Below are positions 38,947 to 51,393 of a stretch of 51,979 nucleotides of DNA, piece after piece. The stretch comes from Girardia tigrina. Taxonomy: Eukaryota. The stretch covers positions 40,403 to 92,381 of the forward strand of contig MQRK01252331.1 in assembly GCA_001938485.1 (NCBI GenBank), in the 5' to 3' direction. Each line of letters opens with the position of its first letter. Within the stretch, counting starts at the first letter, position 1. The position numbers and the translations under genes were made by a program. Under the pieces are notes generated by a model that worked only from the letters and a program-made list of their open reading frames with translations, did not search any database and was not told the origin of the DNA.

Positions 38947-39099
38947 TAAATTTGGGAGAATATTGTAACGACGTGGATATATTATGCATATCAAGAAACT
39001 CAAGATGCTTGTACTCTCAAGAGTATCTATCTACCATTTGCCAGTGTCGTAATGGTCATGTGGCAGTTTTTGAGAAGAAATTCGGTCATTTTAATTGCT
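38947..39099 (+). CDS. Host gene internal exon D, EB-like six-Cys module
   Basis: aattttag| ... t|gtaggt; 153 bp, phase 1-1; (V)NLGEYCNDVDILCISRNSRCLYSQEYLSTICQCRNGHVAVFEKKFGHFNC. Confidence 0.82.
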
Positions 39100-40187
39100 G
39101 TAGGTAAATTTGTATTTCTTTCGTTTTTTGAAAAGTATTCATAATGGAAATATGTTAAAATACTCATTATTAAGTTACCAAAAGTATTCACATGTTATGT
39201 TGTTAACTGTAGATTGTAGGAAATTATTAAAACTATATTATCCTTTAAAACGAGTTATATTAAAAATATGATATACAAAATATTTATTTTCGAAAACCAT
39301 GAATTTATTGTCATTGATTCATTCATGGAAAACCAATGAGACTATAAATATAGACTTTAATTTTGAACTTGAGGTGAAATAATGCGTGTTTCATTGCATA
39401 AATGAAGTTTCATAAACGGTGGGATTATATTGATTTCTATTGGTTGATTCTGAATCGATTGGAATTTTCAACAGTCTAATTAATTACGAGCCCAAGTTTT
39501 CGGGACACAATGCAAACTAGTTGTTTAATTTAGCCAGGTAAATAAACAAAATGATTTCCCGGATAGTAGAAGTATTTTGGTGTGTGTTTAGGTCAGATGC
39601 TGATTCGAAAAGATGGGTATTGGGAGCACTGTTTTACAACAAATTTGTTTTTCACCTGTGAGAATTAGAGGAGAGTCTGGAAAATTAATATTGTTTTGAA
39701 AATTCCTTATGACAAAGATAGAATCAAATAAAATATTATTAGTAAGTAATGGCGAAATATAATTATTACGATTACCTAAGATTCCAAGAGTTATGACAAA
39801 GAGAAAAACACGAATTTTAATTACAAATTTTGTGAATTGATGTGAAAGTTGCTGAATCTTCTTGATCTTCTTTCGACGCTCAAAAGTGTTAATGAATCGT
39901 GGACGTTCCCTTTTTGACATGGCTTATCTTTTTGAATCGTTTGAAGATTCAACAAATATATGTAGTTCTCATATTTTTAATCGACATAACATCATTAGTT
40001 GCGTTTTCTTTCTGACTCATTTTGACAGTAATGGGACGATGTAAGTATTTTGTTCAACCCGATCTCCCTATTATGATTTAATTTTGTTCAGAAAAATCAA
40101 ATTTTAAGTAAAAAAAAATTCGGTACAATTTCATTTATATATAATAAATGAAACTTAAATTCCAAACTTATTTGGCACAATTATATT

Positions 40188-40239
<52 letters not shown>

Positions 40240-40249
40240 TTGTAGTTTT

Positions 40250-40627
40250 GATGGGTTCCACCATATACTGATCTTTTTAGGTTTATGGGCATGGTTTGAC
40301 TGTTTTCGTTTCGAAAATCTTGCCCTCTTCATTACTCTCGTCATCATAATATTCAGGATTGTGGTTTACATGTGTTTGATTTCTAACCGACGTATTTCTG
40401 CAGTCTTGAAATGCAAGCCATTGATAATACGACTACTTTATGTTTGCAATTAGAAATGCAGTAGCGATTGCATTCTTTCTTTTCTCTAAATATAATAATT
40501 TAAAAATATTTTCATTGTCGGGTACCCAAGATCCAAGGAAGCCAACAATGAAGGTAGAGAGGATGACTGTCCAGGATTTTCCATATTCATTAAATAGCGA
40601 ACAAAGGACAAGTGTGTTATAAACCAA
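40250..40627 (-). mobile_element. 3' fragment of a NeSL/Utopia-type element (REL endonuclease C-terminus)
   Basis: TFIVGFLGSWVPDNE...IANIK*SYYQWLAFQDCRNT aligns with TFIVGALGT*IPD...RSNIRWSARHWAAFNDGRDT at 44960-45130. Confidence 0.75.
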
Positions 40628-41602
40628 GTTATCTAATGTAAACTCGACAAAGATAAGTTAATCTTTAACGTAAAATTTATTACAAATATATTGTCACAAT
40701 AAATGTAACATGGAGTGATTAATACAAGAATAATATAACCTTGAACCTTTGATCACACAGAGTTATAATTATCGATAAATCTAACGTTAGTGAGATTAAA
40801 AATGAAACGCCTGAATTGTCCGAATGTGCGATTATACAAATTATGTTTCTATAATGACTGGAATCGAAAATAGTCTTTTCTTTTGTATTGCGGAATTTTT
40901 GATAAAATTCACGTCACGTTATTCTTTTGAGTATTTTTGCAAACTTGACTGTAGTCGGTAGTAAGGAATCACGATGATTTAATAAATTTGATATAAATCC
41001 TCAAATAGAAAGAAATTTTCTGATAATAAGTCCTTATTACAATTTTTATCCCAAAGATCCAAGTAAGTTTTTAATTAGTAATTGATTTTTTTTAATTATC
41101 AATTTTTAATTATTATTATAATTATAATAATTATTTAATTACAAGGGGAGGAAAACAACTTTCTTTCCTCATTCATTTCCTTGTTTCCTTTCTTTTTCTG
41201 TTTTTCTTCTCCCTTTGTCCTCCGAAACAATTTAATCTTTCTTTCCTTGTTTAAAAAATAAAAAACTCTACATTCACAAAAAATATAAAAAAATGACAAA
41301 AAAATACATAAACATTAAACATACACATAAAAATAAAGATGTACATTTACATTAGCCCTCTCCCTAAATGCGAACAATTTATTTTTTTTGGTTGATATTA
41401 ATTTTATTCTTCTTGAGTAAATTCTTGTCTTATTTCCGTTAATTTCAATTAATGCTGTGTTTTTTTAATTAGGTATACTTTATAAGTTCCGGTGTACTTG
41501 TTTTGAAAATTTTCTTTTTGTGGTTTCTTTACAAAGGCTTGTATATTATTATAGTTGTATGTTAGGTTGTTTCTATGTTGTACATTTTTGTTTTTTTCTA
41601 TA

Positions 41603-42658
41603 TTAGGGTAAGTCATAAGTTGTGGGGCACTTTTTATTAAAAATTAAAATGTTCATAAAACAACGCACAATAAAGATTATGATTCGAAATAAAGTCCATT
41701 ATGTTCAATACATTGTACNNNNNNNNNNNNNNNNNNNNNNNNNNNNNNNNNNNNNNNNNNNNNNNNNNNNNNNNNNNNNNNNNNNNNNNNNNNNNNNNNN
41801 NNNNNNNNNNNNNNNNNNNNNNNNNNNNNNNNNNNNNNNNNNNNNNNNNNNNNNNNNNNNNNNNNNNNNNNNNNNNNNNNNNNNNNNNNNNNNNNNNNNN
41901 NNNNNNNNNNNNNNNNNNNNNNNNNNNNNNNNNNNNNNNNNNNNNNNNNNNNNNNNNNNNNNNNNNNNNNNNNNNNNNNNNNNNNNNNNNNNNNNNNNNN
42001 NNNNNNNNNNNNNNNNNNNNNNNNNNNNNNNNNNNNNNNNNNNNNNNNNNNNNNNNNNNNNNNNNNNNNNNNNNNNNNNNNNNNNNNNNNNNNNNNNNNN
42101 NNNNNNNNNNNNNNNNNNNNNNNNNNNNNNNNNNNNNNNNNNNNNNNNNNNNNNNNNNNNNNNNNNNNNNNNNNNNNNNNNNNNNNNNNNNNNNNNNNNN
42201 NNNNNNNNNNNNNNNNNNNNNNNNNNNNNNNNNNNNNNNNNNNNNNNNNGCTTCTCGTAGAACTTTAGAATCCAGTGTTGGCGGTCGTCCCGGTCGTTCT
42301 TGATCCTCGAGGCTTATGTCACCTTCGTTAAATTTTTTAAACCATCTTGCTGCCGAAGATTTGGAAACCAAGCCCTCCCCTTCAACTTGGGAAATTTCCT
42401 TTACGACAGCCCTTGAACTCAGATCTTTTTTCCAGAAAAATTTCAAAAGTACTCTAATTTCAAATTTTTCCATAATATCTAAAATGTTTAAAAAATTAGA
42501 ATGAACATAAAATCATGATTTTCTTACAAATACTGAAACTTCAGTTTATGAGCTTTATTACGATATACGAATTCAATTAATATCGATTCGACAATTCATG
42601 TTGTAATTAAAGATAATTACTTTGGAAAGAGTGCCCCACAACTTATGACTCACCCTAA
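41603..42658 (-). mobile_element. mariner element, young, centre lost in an N gap
   Basis: TA|TTAGGGTAAGTCATAAGTTGTGGGGCACT ... AGTGCCCCACAACTTATGACTCACCCTAA|TA. Intact N-terminus MEKFEIRVLLKFFW...RWFKKFNEGDISLEDQERPGRP. Confidence 0.95.
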
Positions 42659-43081
42659 TATTGTAGGTTTGTTTGTTATACCTGTCAGTTTTTCTAGTGG
42701 TGATTTCTTTTTTTTTCGTCCGGTCTTATTCTGAGTGCTAATAGTGTCTCGTTAAGATTGTTGAGCCAGTTTTTGTCGTCTTCTTTTGTTCTGATTGTTT
42801 CTTTTAAAGTTCTATGAAATCTTTCTATCTTGCCATTGCAATTGGGATTGTTCGGCGTTGCTCGTTGTTTGTTTATATTGCATTTCTTGCACAGTGTTTT
42901 AAACAGTTCAGATTAAAATTGCACACTCTAGTCACTAATTATGTTTTTTGGTTGGCCATATCTAGTTATCCATTCGTTTTCAATTTTATTAACTACTGTT
43001 TCAGCAGATAAATTTTTTAATGGAATAGCTTCTATCCAGTTGGTTTTACGATCTATTAGTGTTAGTATGTGTAAAAGAGCT

Positions 43082-43480
43082 AACTGAAAACGTGTTTCAG
43101 TGAACTCCTTTAACGCAACAAAAAAAATATAAATATCTATAGAACTTTTATTTTTACAGAATATAAATAAACATATATAACAAAAAAAATCACATACGAG
43201 AGAGAGAGAACGGCACAGATAAATCTCGATTTCGATTTGTGTTTATTGCTCAAAGGTTTCAAGGAATGATCTTCTGTTGTAACAATATCGATGGAAACGT
43301 CAGAGAATCATTCGGTTGCACAACGAGATTTTGAGAAAATAGATCACATGAAGAGGAGCACTTTCAGGGGGAATATTGATAAATTGGTTTGCAGAAAATT
43401 CCTTTACGAACCGATTTTACAAGAAAACGCCCCGCAGGCAATATAGTATAATTGTAAACAGTAATATTAATGATTGTTTT
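43082..43480 (-). mobile_element. Possible decayed Penelope-like fragment interrupting the integrase relic
   Basis: Weak GIY-YIG-like remnants (YYIACG...DVSIDIVTTE) and a degenerate AG-TTCA-CT-GAAAC-ACGTT hammerhead-like 3' half near 43090-43110. (TA)n adjacent. Confidence 0.35.
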
Positions 43481-43511
43481 ATCGATTGTTTTTATATATA
43501 TATATATATAA

Positions 43512-43554
<43 letters not shown>

Positions 43555-44239
43555 ACTATATATAATTTATATATAATAATTGACTGGGTCACTACAGTAT
43601 GTTTTATAGTTTTTGTTTGGGGGTAACGGTCCTACCAGGTCTATGTATATCGTTTCCATTTTATCACTGTCTGGATATTTTATGAATTCTAGTTTTGGTT
43701 TTTTGTTCTTTTTGTGAGAGGTGGTTGAACATCGATATTCGAGTTCATATTTTTAACATCAAAATTTATTTATATAACAATTCACATCTTTAAAACAAAT
43801 TTTCCTGTTAATTTAATTATCTCGCACAAATTAATCCATTAAATTCTTTTCGATTCAATTTTAAAATCCTGAAAATTTATTTCAAAAATTTATTTCAAAA
43901 TTTATTTAAAATTGCTTTTTAAAAATATTTTTATTTATAAATAAATATTTAAAATTTTATAGTTTTCTTAACATTTTTAATTTTAAGATATTTAATAGAT
44001 ACATTAAAAAATATTTTTTATTTTTAAATAGATATTTAATTTTTTATGATTTTCTTTTATTATATCATTTTTATTTTTTTTTAAAAATTTAAAAACACAT
44101 TAATAATTTTTTAATAGTTGTTTTATTATATCACTTTGAATTTTAAAATATGGAATATGCTTATTAACATTAAAATATTTTACCCTTTAAATTAAAAAAA
44201 TAATAAATTATTTTGGCGAGATAAAAATTTAAATTAACC

Positions 44240-44818
44240 CATCATATTCTTTAAGAATTTTCTAAATTTTTCCACGTTTCGATCTAAAATTCTTCCATCT
44301 TCATTTATTAGTTTATACCTTCTGCCGTGTGTTTTCTCTATCACTTTATACGGTCCTTCATATTTATCTTTACTCTTTATCCCCGTTTCCACCTTGACCA
44401 GTACTTCATCTCCGATTTCAAAATTTCTTTTTGTTGTTGTATCTTCTTTTTCTTGCTGTAGCTTTATATCTTGACTATGCTATCCTTCCCTGTATATTTT
44501 CTTACCGAATATAATTTCCGCTGGGCTCTTCCCTATTGTTTTCTGAAAAGTTGAGTTTAATGGCAATTCTATTACCGGTAGTAATTCCTCCCAGTCTGAT
44601 CCTTTCTTTGTATGTAACGATGCGTTTAAATATTTTCTAATCGTTCGAAATTGTCTTTCTACTATTCCATTCGTGTTATGATGGCACGGACTCGAGTAAC
44701 ACATGTTTATAGTCATTGATTCTGCCATGTCTTTGATTACCTTCGATTCGAATGTCTTCCCACAATCTGTATGTATTTCCTTCGGTGCTCCAAATCTCAA
44801 GATCCACCTCAAGATCAC
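44240..44818 (-). mobile_element. Gypsy integrase relic (rve core plus GPY/F module)
   Basis: WILRFGAPKEIHTDCGKTFES...HHNTNGIVERQFRTI...SPAEIIFG, then after a stop FEIGDEVLVK...KYEGPYKV. Same family as 32843-33297. Confidence 0.9.
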
Positions 44819-46698
44819 TGATCGCCACTTCGGTGATTACTGGCGCTGTTTTGGACAGCAATTTCGGCATCATCGGCATCCTCGTCTTCAAAGACTGCAC
44901 CCTTAATTGTTGGAGATCGTGTGTCATGGGCCGGATCATCCCGATAGCGGGAGAGATTTGTCGTGTCTCTGCCGTCATTGAAAGCAGCCCAGTGGCGGGC
45001 ACTCCAACGAATATTACTCCGGATCGTGGCATAGGCAATTGATTTCTCCATGTGAGATAGGAAGATCGCCTTCAGTGCCTTTTTTTATCCGGGATTCAGG
45101 TTCCCAGCGCTCCTACAATGAAAGTGAACAATAATACCCTATGATCGCCGTGTTGTTCCTTTATTTGTTTGACTAAGTTTTTGTAGTGTTCCAGATTGTC
45201 AGTATTCGCCCGTGANNNNNNNNNNNNNNNNNNNNNNNNNNNNNNNNNNNNNNNNNNNNNNNNNNTCGAAGGGACATTTTACATCGATAAGGACTATACG
45301 TTTCATTTCTGGAAAGTAAACTTGAAGGTCGACTCTGAGCGGAGAATGCACAAAGCGACACCGAAGGTTAACATCCAGTTCAGCATTACAGTGTTCCCTA
45401 ATCTCAGAAGCAAGGATGTCCAGGACACTGTCGTGGCGAGCATTCGTGTAGGACATAAGAGGAAGGCAGCAACAGAGGAGATGCGGCAGGGTCTCAGAAT
45501 AATCTCCACAACGACGACAAAGAAAAGTTTCCTTAAAACGACAGGTAACCGGCAGATTATAAGATCGACCCTTCTGAATGAACTCCCATTCAAAGCTGGA
45601 CAAATGACTGTTGTAGACAACAGAGGTTGTGTAGGAAGAAAGGGAGAGGGCAGACGCTGATTGCCCGGCACTTTTCTGATCAGTACAAGAGTGAAGGTAA
45701 TGGAGGGAAAGACATTTTCTGAGAAATGTCGAAACCTTATCCTTCTCGGAAGCACGAATGGTGGAGGAGATCTGGTTGTCATCATTGGAAAGCCTGATTG
45801 TGACGCAAGTGAAGGGAAATTCATCACCAAAGCAGATTTTGAAACCAAGATTCTTCAGTGCAAAAATTGCATTTTGAATCTTGTTCCACCAATTTTTGCA
45901 GATATGTGGACAGAACCCTTCATTGATCCAGTTAAAGATGTCAAACCTAGACTGTTTATGGGATGCAAATTTCAGTGTAGTCCATACAGCATTCTTTACA
46001 TAACTGTCGGAGGAATTAAGGAGATAAAAGATGTGGCTCACCGACTGTACCATGTATTCGTCAAAAACAGAAGTAAGACCAACCCCTCCATGCTGTTTAT
46101 CAGTATACATATAGGAAATAGAGGTTCGTAGAGGGAGATTCAAGAATTCCTTATATTCTTTCCGAACAATTATTTCCCAACCCGTCTTCCAGGCAGTAAT
46201 ATCATGGAAGGGAATGTAAGTGTTACGGAAATAAAACACCATCTTCGGATGGACAAAAGTTTGATAGGCATGGAGCTTCCGTGAGGGGGAGAGAACAGAG
46301 TTCTTAAGGAGGACTAGATCGGCAAGAACATCTGCAATGACTTGATCAGGAGTATGACAAAGTAGGCGGGATATGAAACATCCTAGGTACACGTAACCTT
46401 CATCAGCTTTGAGGTGTGGAACAATTTGACAGTCAAGGACGAGCATGGCATCCTTGTCATAAGGAAAATTTATGTAGGCACATTTTGAAATTCTGAATTG
46501 CATCCCAACAGCTCGTACATATTTAGATGCACAACTAACAAGATTATTAATGGCATAACTGGATGCACCAAAGAGTACCAAGTCATCGGCATAAGCCATA
46601 CAAGAGACAGTGGATTCACCAATCTTGATCTGGGTGCGACATCGAATAGAGTCCAACTTATTAAGGATCGGGTCAATGCCAATATTAAATATGAGCAT
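44815..46698 (-). mobile_element. 5'-truncated NeSL/Utopia/R2-type non-LTR retrotransposon (RT, CCHC knuckle, REL endonuclease)
   Basis: ORF 45199-46698: MAYADDLVL, YVYLG, HGGVGL, CRRCGDYSETLPHLLCCC, RHDSVL, RVDL...LIDVKCPF. Continues past the gap as FIVGALGT*IPD...IRWS. Confidence 0.92.
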
Positions 46699-46861
46699 AT
46701 TAATTACATTTGATTGGGGTATTGAATTAACCGACCAAAATTACATAGTTCTCCCATTTTATACTGAGGCAATATTGTGCAATATACCCTGGGGTCAGTT
46801 TATGTAATTCCTATTCCGGTGTTCATGGCATATGCAATCAATGGAATTTGAACTCAAGTGA

Positions 46862-47143
46862 TGTCACGAGACATACATGATTGGAGTTCGATATTACCGA
46901 ACACGATGAGAATTGACGTCACAACACCTTGTTTTAAATGTTTTATTAATTTTGTTGTATGGTTTTATTGAGTTTATTCTGCTTCGTAGGTTGGTTGTAT
47001 TTGTTTTGTTGTGTAGATTTTTAGACAAGTGGTCTTTAAATAGTATTGTAGAAATTCTAGAACGTTTTACATAATAAATTCAATAAAACAAGATTTTCGA
47101 AAATTCCAGAATATATAAAAACTTGATATTGCAAAATCCTCAA
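46862..47143 (-). mobile_element. Possible LTR of another family
   Basis: Minus strand has TGAGGATTTTGCAA (also at 3167), TCTAGAA/TCTGGAA motifs, TATTTAAA, multiple AATAAA, and ends TCTCGTGACA. No TSD. Confidence 0.3.
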
Positions 47144-48379
47144 TTCTTATTCTGCACGATATATACATACAGCTTTCATTGATTAAAAAGGCAGATTTCC
47201 GACTGAGATATTTATTGGAAGTCGATTAAATTTAAAAATCTCCTGTTTAGTTTTATCTAAATTTAGGAGGAAATATTAATTTGTCTCTGAATTATAAAGA
47301 TTGTACTAACAAAATAATTGTATTTGTAATTATTGCATTTGTTTGATTATTTAATTGTAATTTTTATCATTTTCTTTTTAGAAAAATTAATAAATGTTTA
47401 ATAAAAATTTGTTTTTATTTAAATATGTGAATATAAATTCTTTCATCAGAATCTTAATATTCTCTAAAATCGTTACAAAACAAATACTACTAAATGTTTA
47501 AAAAATGAAGATTCATGTAATCAAACTATTTGGTATATTATTTTACATTCTTTTTAAATCTTTTCCTTTCAATACAATGCTAGGGTTATTAACTTTAAAC
47601 AGACTGGTCGAATGCCTTGAATGTTTGATGATTAAAAAGTAAAAATATTATTATTTATAAGAAACATTTGTTTTGAAAAGTTTCGCTTTGGTGCTGTTAA
47701 GACGCAATTTTTAAATGTATACAAATGACAAGAATTTTGAATGTTCAATAAATATTTCAATTTCGCGTCTTTGATTTATTTTTATTTTTTTAATAAATAT
47801 ACATTTTATTGAATAATGTCACCCCATTCTAACAGTACGAGTGACGATAAATCGAATGGCGAATTTTTAAAATCAAATATATTTTTTTCTCTATTACCGA
47901 ATTGTGTGGAACATGAGGAATACCCCAAGAACTGTTGTTCGATATCTAACGGAATTCTTTTTATTTTCATAAAGATCGCGACATTGATTCCGTGGTAGAA
48001 CGTGTCAATAGTTTTTTACGAAACCTGTTTGTTATTTAAAGAATACAGCGTTGTATTGTATGATATTTCCAAACTCAATACCGATATGAAACTGGAAATT
48101 ATCAAAAATCATCAGTGACAAGAATCGATTGTGCGAATACCAAAGGGCAACAAAATCAAAAATTGAGATTATCAAAAACAAATATTTCCAATTTTACACT
48201 GTTCCTTCAAACAAATTAAAACATTAATGACCGAATTAACAACAACTATTAAAGATGGTGTCATAATTTTATTTGCAAAACATAAATACAAAATTTAGTT
48301 TTTCCTTAACACCCTTTATTTTTATAAATCTTTGATACAATTTTCCATTTTCCTAATACAAAAATAGCACATCATTATG

Positions 48380-49500
48380 TATAATATATTTGTTTAAAAT
48401 GTTAGTTTGTTTGTTGGTTTGTCGTTTATTCTATGATCACTGTTCCTCCCGATTCTCAGGTGGCCCCCAGAATCAGATGGAGGTAACGGGGTTGCGCAGG
48501 GAACTTTTCTTGATTTGCTGGGCCCTTTTTAAATTAATTCGCTGCCGAAAATCAATATTGACAATTTTTCGGCTTGAATTCATTTAAATAAGCTCCACGA
48601 GATAAAAATAAGCCAAGTCCATATTCAAATCTATTTATTTATTCATATTTCAAAAATTTCGTTTTTCCATCATTTGATTCAATAAAACAAAATCTTTTTT
48701 ACAATTTTTGCATTTAACTTTTTTAAAAAAGATAAACTATTAAAATTATTTTCAGACTAAAATTTTTACAAAATGTTCAGCATAAAAAAGAAACACAAAA
48801 CCAATTTGAATAATCACAAAAGTTTTTTTTTAGTTTTTTTTATACGGTAAATGAGAAAGCTCAGGATCCATTCAAAATTCATGTATANNNNNNNNNNNNN
48901 NNNNNNNNNNNNNNNNNNNNNNNNNNNNNNNNNNNNNNNNNNNNNNNNNNNNNNNNNNNNNNNNNNNNNNNNNNNNNNNNNNNNNNNNNNNNNNNNNNNN
49001 TATATATATATGGATAGATAATTAATTTGTAATATAAATAAGTAAAATAATTGAATCCAGAACAATCACAAAACAAAATGTAAATGAATCGGAAAAAAAG
49101 AAGGAATTGGTCAATATGGATAACCCGAGACGGTATTGTCGGTGCGGCTTTTTCGACAAAGTACGCCGGGAAGCTAACGAAATCGATCAAAAACTGTGCA
49201 AGTACACAAATTGATAAATCAACACCGACTTCAAATAATGTCGATTTGGATGATTCATAAATTGAATTTTGTTAGAATTTTTATGAAACTTATAAGAAAA
49301 TATTAATTTAATTGATAAATGACGATTTCTATCACTTATATATTTATTATTTTGCTAAAAATCATTTTAGTATAAATTTTTAAATTTTCGTTATTAATAA
49401 TATCAATATTTCATTTATAAAGGGTTAGAGTTAGGGTTAGCAATGAGGATTAGGGTTAGATATATGGTTGGGGTTTAGGTTAGGTTCAGTGTTAGGGTTA
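48380..49500 (+). mobile_element. Helitron-like family member in opposite orientation, with (TTAGGG)-like array at 49421-49500
   Basis: 49080-49420 is the reverse-complement homologue of 12850-13165. A (GTTT)n-like tract at 48400-48424 resembles the family 5' region. Termini unresolved; spans an N gap. Confidence 0.55.
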
Positions 49501-49502
49501 AG

Positions 49503-49925
49503 CAGTGGCGTCGCTAAGGTTGGTGTCACCCCGTACGGTAAAGTCATAGTGTCACCCCTCCAAATTAATTCTGATTTATTCGCCATGCAATAAGTCAAAG
49601 TATCACAATGACAAGAACAAAAAAACAAGTTCACAGTCGCTGAAGATCAGCTGTCAGCGTGCACAAGTATTAAAGAACTGTAACAACGTTAAGTTATAGA
49701 TATTTATTTAATCTTTAAAATTACTGGTAAAGTCAAATCAACAAGAAATTACGTAATAATATTTTAAAACCGGAAACTGACGTCATGGACTCCGAATATC
49801 CTGTGTTTTTTAGTTAACCTTAGCTTAACTTTAGGTTATTTATACAGGTTTACTTCCGTGATGTATTTTTTATTTGGTAACATCCTCTGAAATTGTGTCA
49901 CCCGGTGCGGTCCGCATCGCCCACT
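49503..49925. mobile_element. Non-autonomous DNA transposon, hAT-like
   Basis: Begins CAGTGGCGTCGCTA; subterminal GTGTCACCC occurs three times (about 49522, 49549, 49895); degenerate right end CGCCCACTAC. It truncates the telomere-like array. Confidence 0.5.
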
Positions 49926-50236
49926 ACCGCTTACCACACAAGAATAGTTGCAACATTTTGATGATCTGAACCCTAAAAAATTGTAATATTTTATTTAAAT
50001 TTCTTAGTTAACTATAATTTTTGTTAATAATTTTTAATTATAATTTTGACTGAAATAACTTCATTGAATGCACTGATACAAATATAATTTTAAAGTACAT
50101 TATCAATTACTAAATTATAATTCTAGCTCTAAAATAATAACAAAAAAATGAAAAAAATATTTTGAAATATATTATAACAATATAAACTTTTATTAATTCG
50201 TATATTATTAAAGTTATGTTAAACTTCTTTTTTCAG

Positions 50237-50401
50237 ACAAAAGTGTTTTCGAAATGGAATATCCTCAATGTGCTCACTGTTTTACTTCCGGCGGAAACTG
50301 CATTTTAATAGCAAAGTCCAGTAGCAATGTTCTTCTAAAATGTCTTTGCAATAAATATCAATATTTTGACATATTCAGTCATTCCTTTGAGTGTCTAAAA
50401 G
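50237..50401 (+). CDS. Host gene internal exon E, EGF-like six-Cys module
   Basis: ttctttttttcag| ... g|gtattc; 165 bp, phase 1-1; (Y)KSVFEMEYPQCAHCFTSGGNCILIAKSSSNVLLKCLCNKYQYFDIFSHSFECLK. Repeats the CxHCxxxGGxC pattern of exon B. Confidence 0.85.
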
Positions 50402-50928
50402 GTATTCAAATGAATAAATATTTAACATCATATAACGATCATGATAATAATATTAATAATAATTGAAACTATAATGTAGTCGAACCGCCTTTTTAAATTC
50501 CGCGTAATAAAATCCCCGTCTGTAGTAAATTAAAAAGTAAATTATGTTAAAATAACGTTAAATAAGATATTTTCCATTTTTTTTATTAGCTTATATAAAT
50601 AATAATAATTAAATGTAATAATTTAAAATTTATTATATTAAATTCCATAGCTAATCAATATTACTATGGAATATTTCCAAATTAAAATGTAATTATTAAA
50701 TTGAGGATAATATACATTATCTGCGCTAAATATTTCTGCTATCTAAAACTAAATTATAACTAAACATAGTTGAAACTCATATATATGAACGATTAGAATC
50801 ATTATAATTTCAAATCCAATTTTGTCATTCAAACCTCTATTCAGATCAGTTCAGAATCTTATTAGTTTATTTTTGTAAATCATACTAAGAAAACGAATCT
50901 ATCAATGAACCACTAAATTCATCGATAT

Positions 50929-51393
50929 TGTTAAGATAATTCAAACATTTGATAGAAAATTTATTACATTCACAATTTTGATCATCTCTATGACGATCAG
51001 TAGTATTGCTCTCACTTAAATCCATCACTCAATGTTAATTACTTCTCATTCCAATGTGAACTAACTTGAAAAACATTATTTTATTTAAAATATTTAATTA
51101 AAATTTTATTGGCTAAAATAAAATTACTTTTTATAATCATTTTTAAACATTAATTTGGTTTTAATAATTTAAAAATTTACAAAAATAAAATTAATAAAAT
51201 TATTTAAAATCTACAATAATAAAAAATTAAAAATTTGAATATTAAATCTTAATTTCAATAAATTAGTTTCACATAATAAGAATTACAATATTAATCATCC
51301 ATCTGATTAGGAGAGACACAATCCCAAATCAACACACAACATTCAAATATACAAACACACACAAAAACATCAACACACCAAATATTCATCACA
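50929..51393 (-). mobile_element. Solo LTR (copy 8)
   Basis: GATAT|TGTTAAGA ... TATTCATCACA|GATAT: exact 5-bp TSD. Close relative of 25781-26180. Confidence 0.9.

Larger units (their letters stand above)
41145..43720 (-). mobile_element. Second Gypsy-type relic (integrase, PPT, LTR start), split by two insertions
   Basis: ETIYIDLVGPLPP (about 43620-43660), HILTLIDRKTNWIEAIPL...RYGQPKNIISD...NGKIERFHRTLK (42660-43075) and KYTGTYKV (about 41480). PPT AGGGAGAGGG at 41356-41365, then TGTAAATG from 41351. Confidence 0.85.

Noticed and set aside
39100-39107. Alternative donor tag|gtaaat at 39103/39104 for exon D
   Set aside because: It gives phase 2 and is out of frame with exon E; the 39099/39100 donor keeps the frame.
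40250-40440. Plus-strand GIY-YIG-like reading
   Set aside because: The minus strand aligns much better with the REL element C-terminus at 44960-45130.
40148-40453. ORF-track proteins containing IYIYIY or poly-X runs (also 12221-12643, 29919-30263, 30767-31064, 41622-42303, 43376-43576, 48814-49190)
   Set aside because: Artefacts of (TA)n microsatellites and N gaps.
45196-46807. Overlapping plus-strand and alternate-frame ORFs over the REL element (likewise 1448-1720, 6841-7602, 34102-34482)
   Set aside because: Shadow frames of GC-richer transposon coding sequence with no motifs of their own.
3945-51393. CRISPR-like or ncRNA interpretation of the recurring CCCAGATGG motif
   Set aside because: Copies are dispersed in both orientations inside TG...CA elements with 5-bp TSDs, which identifies them as LTRs. 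There is no regular repeat-spacer array.
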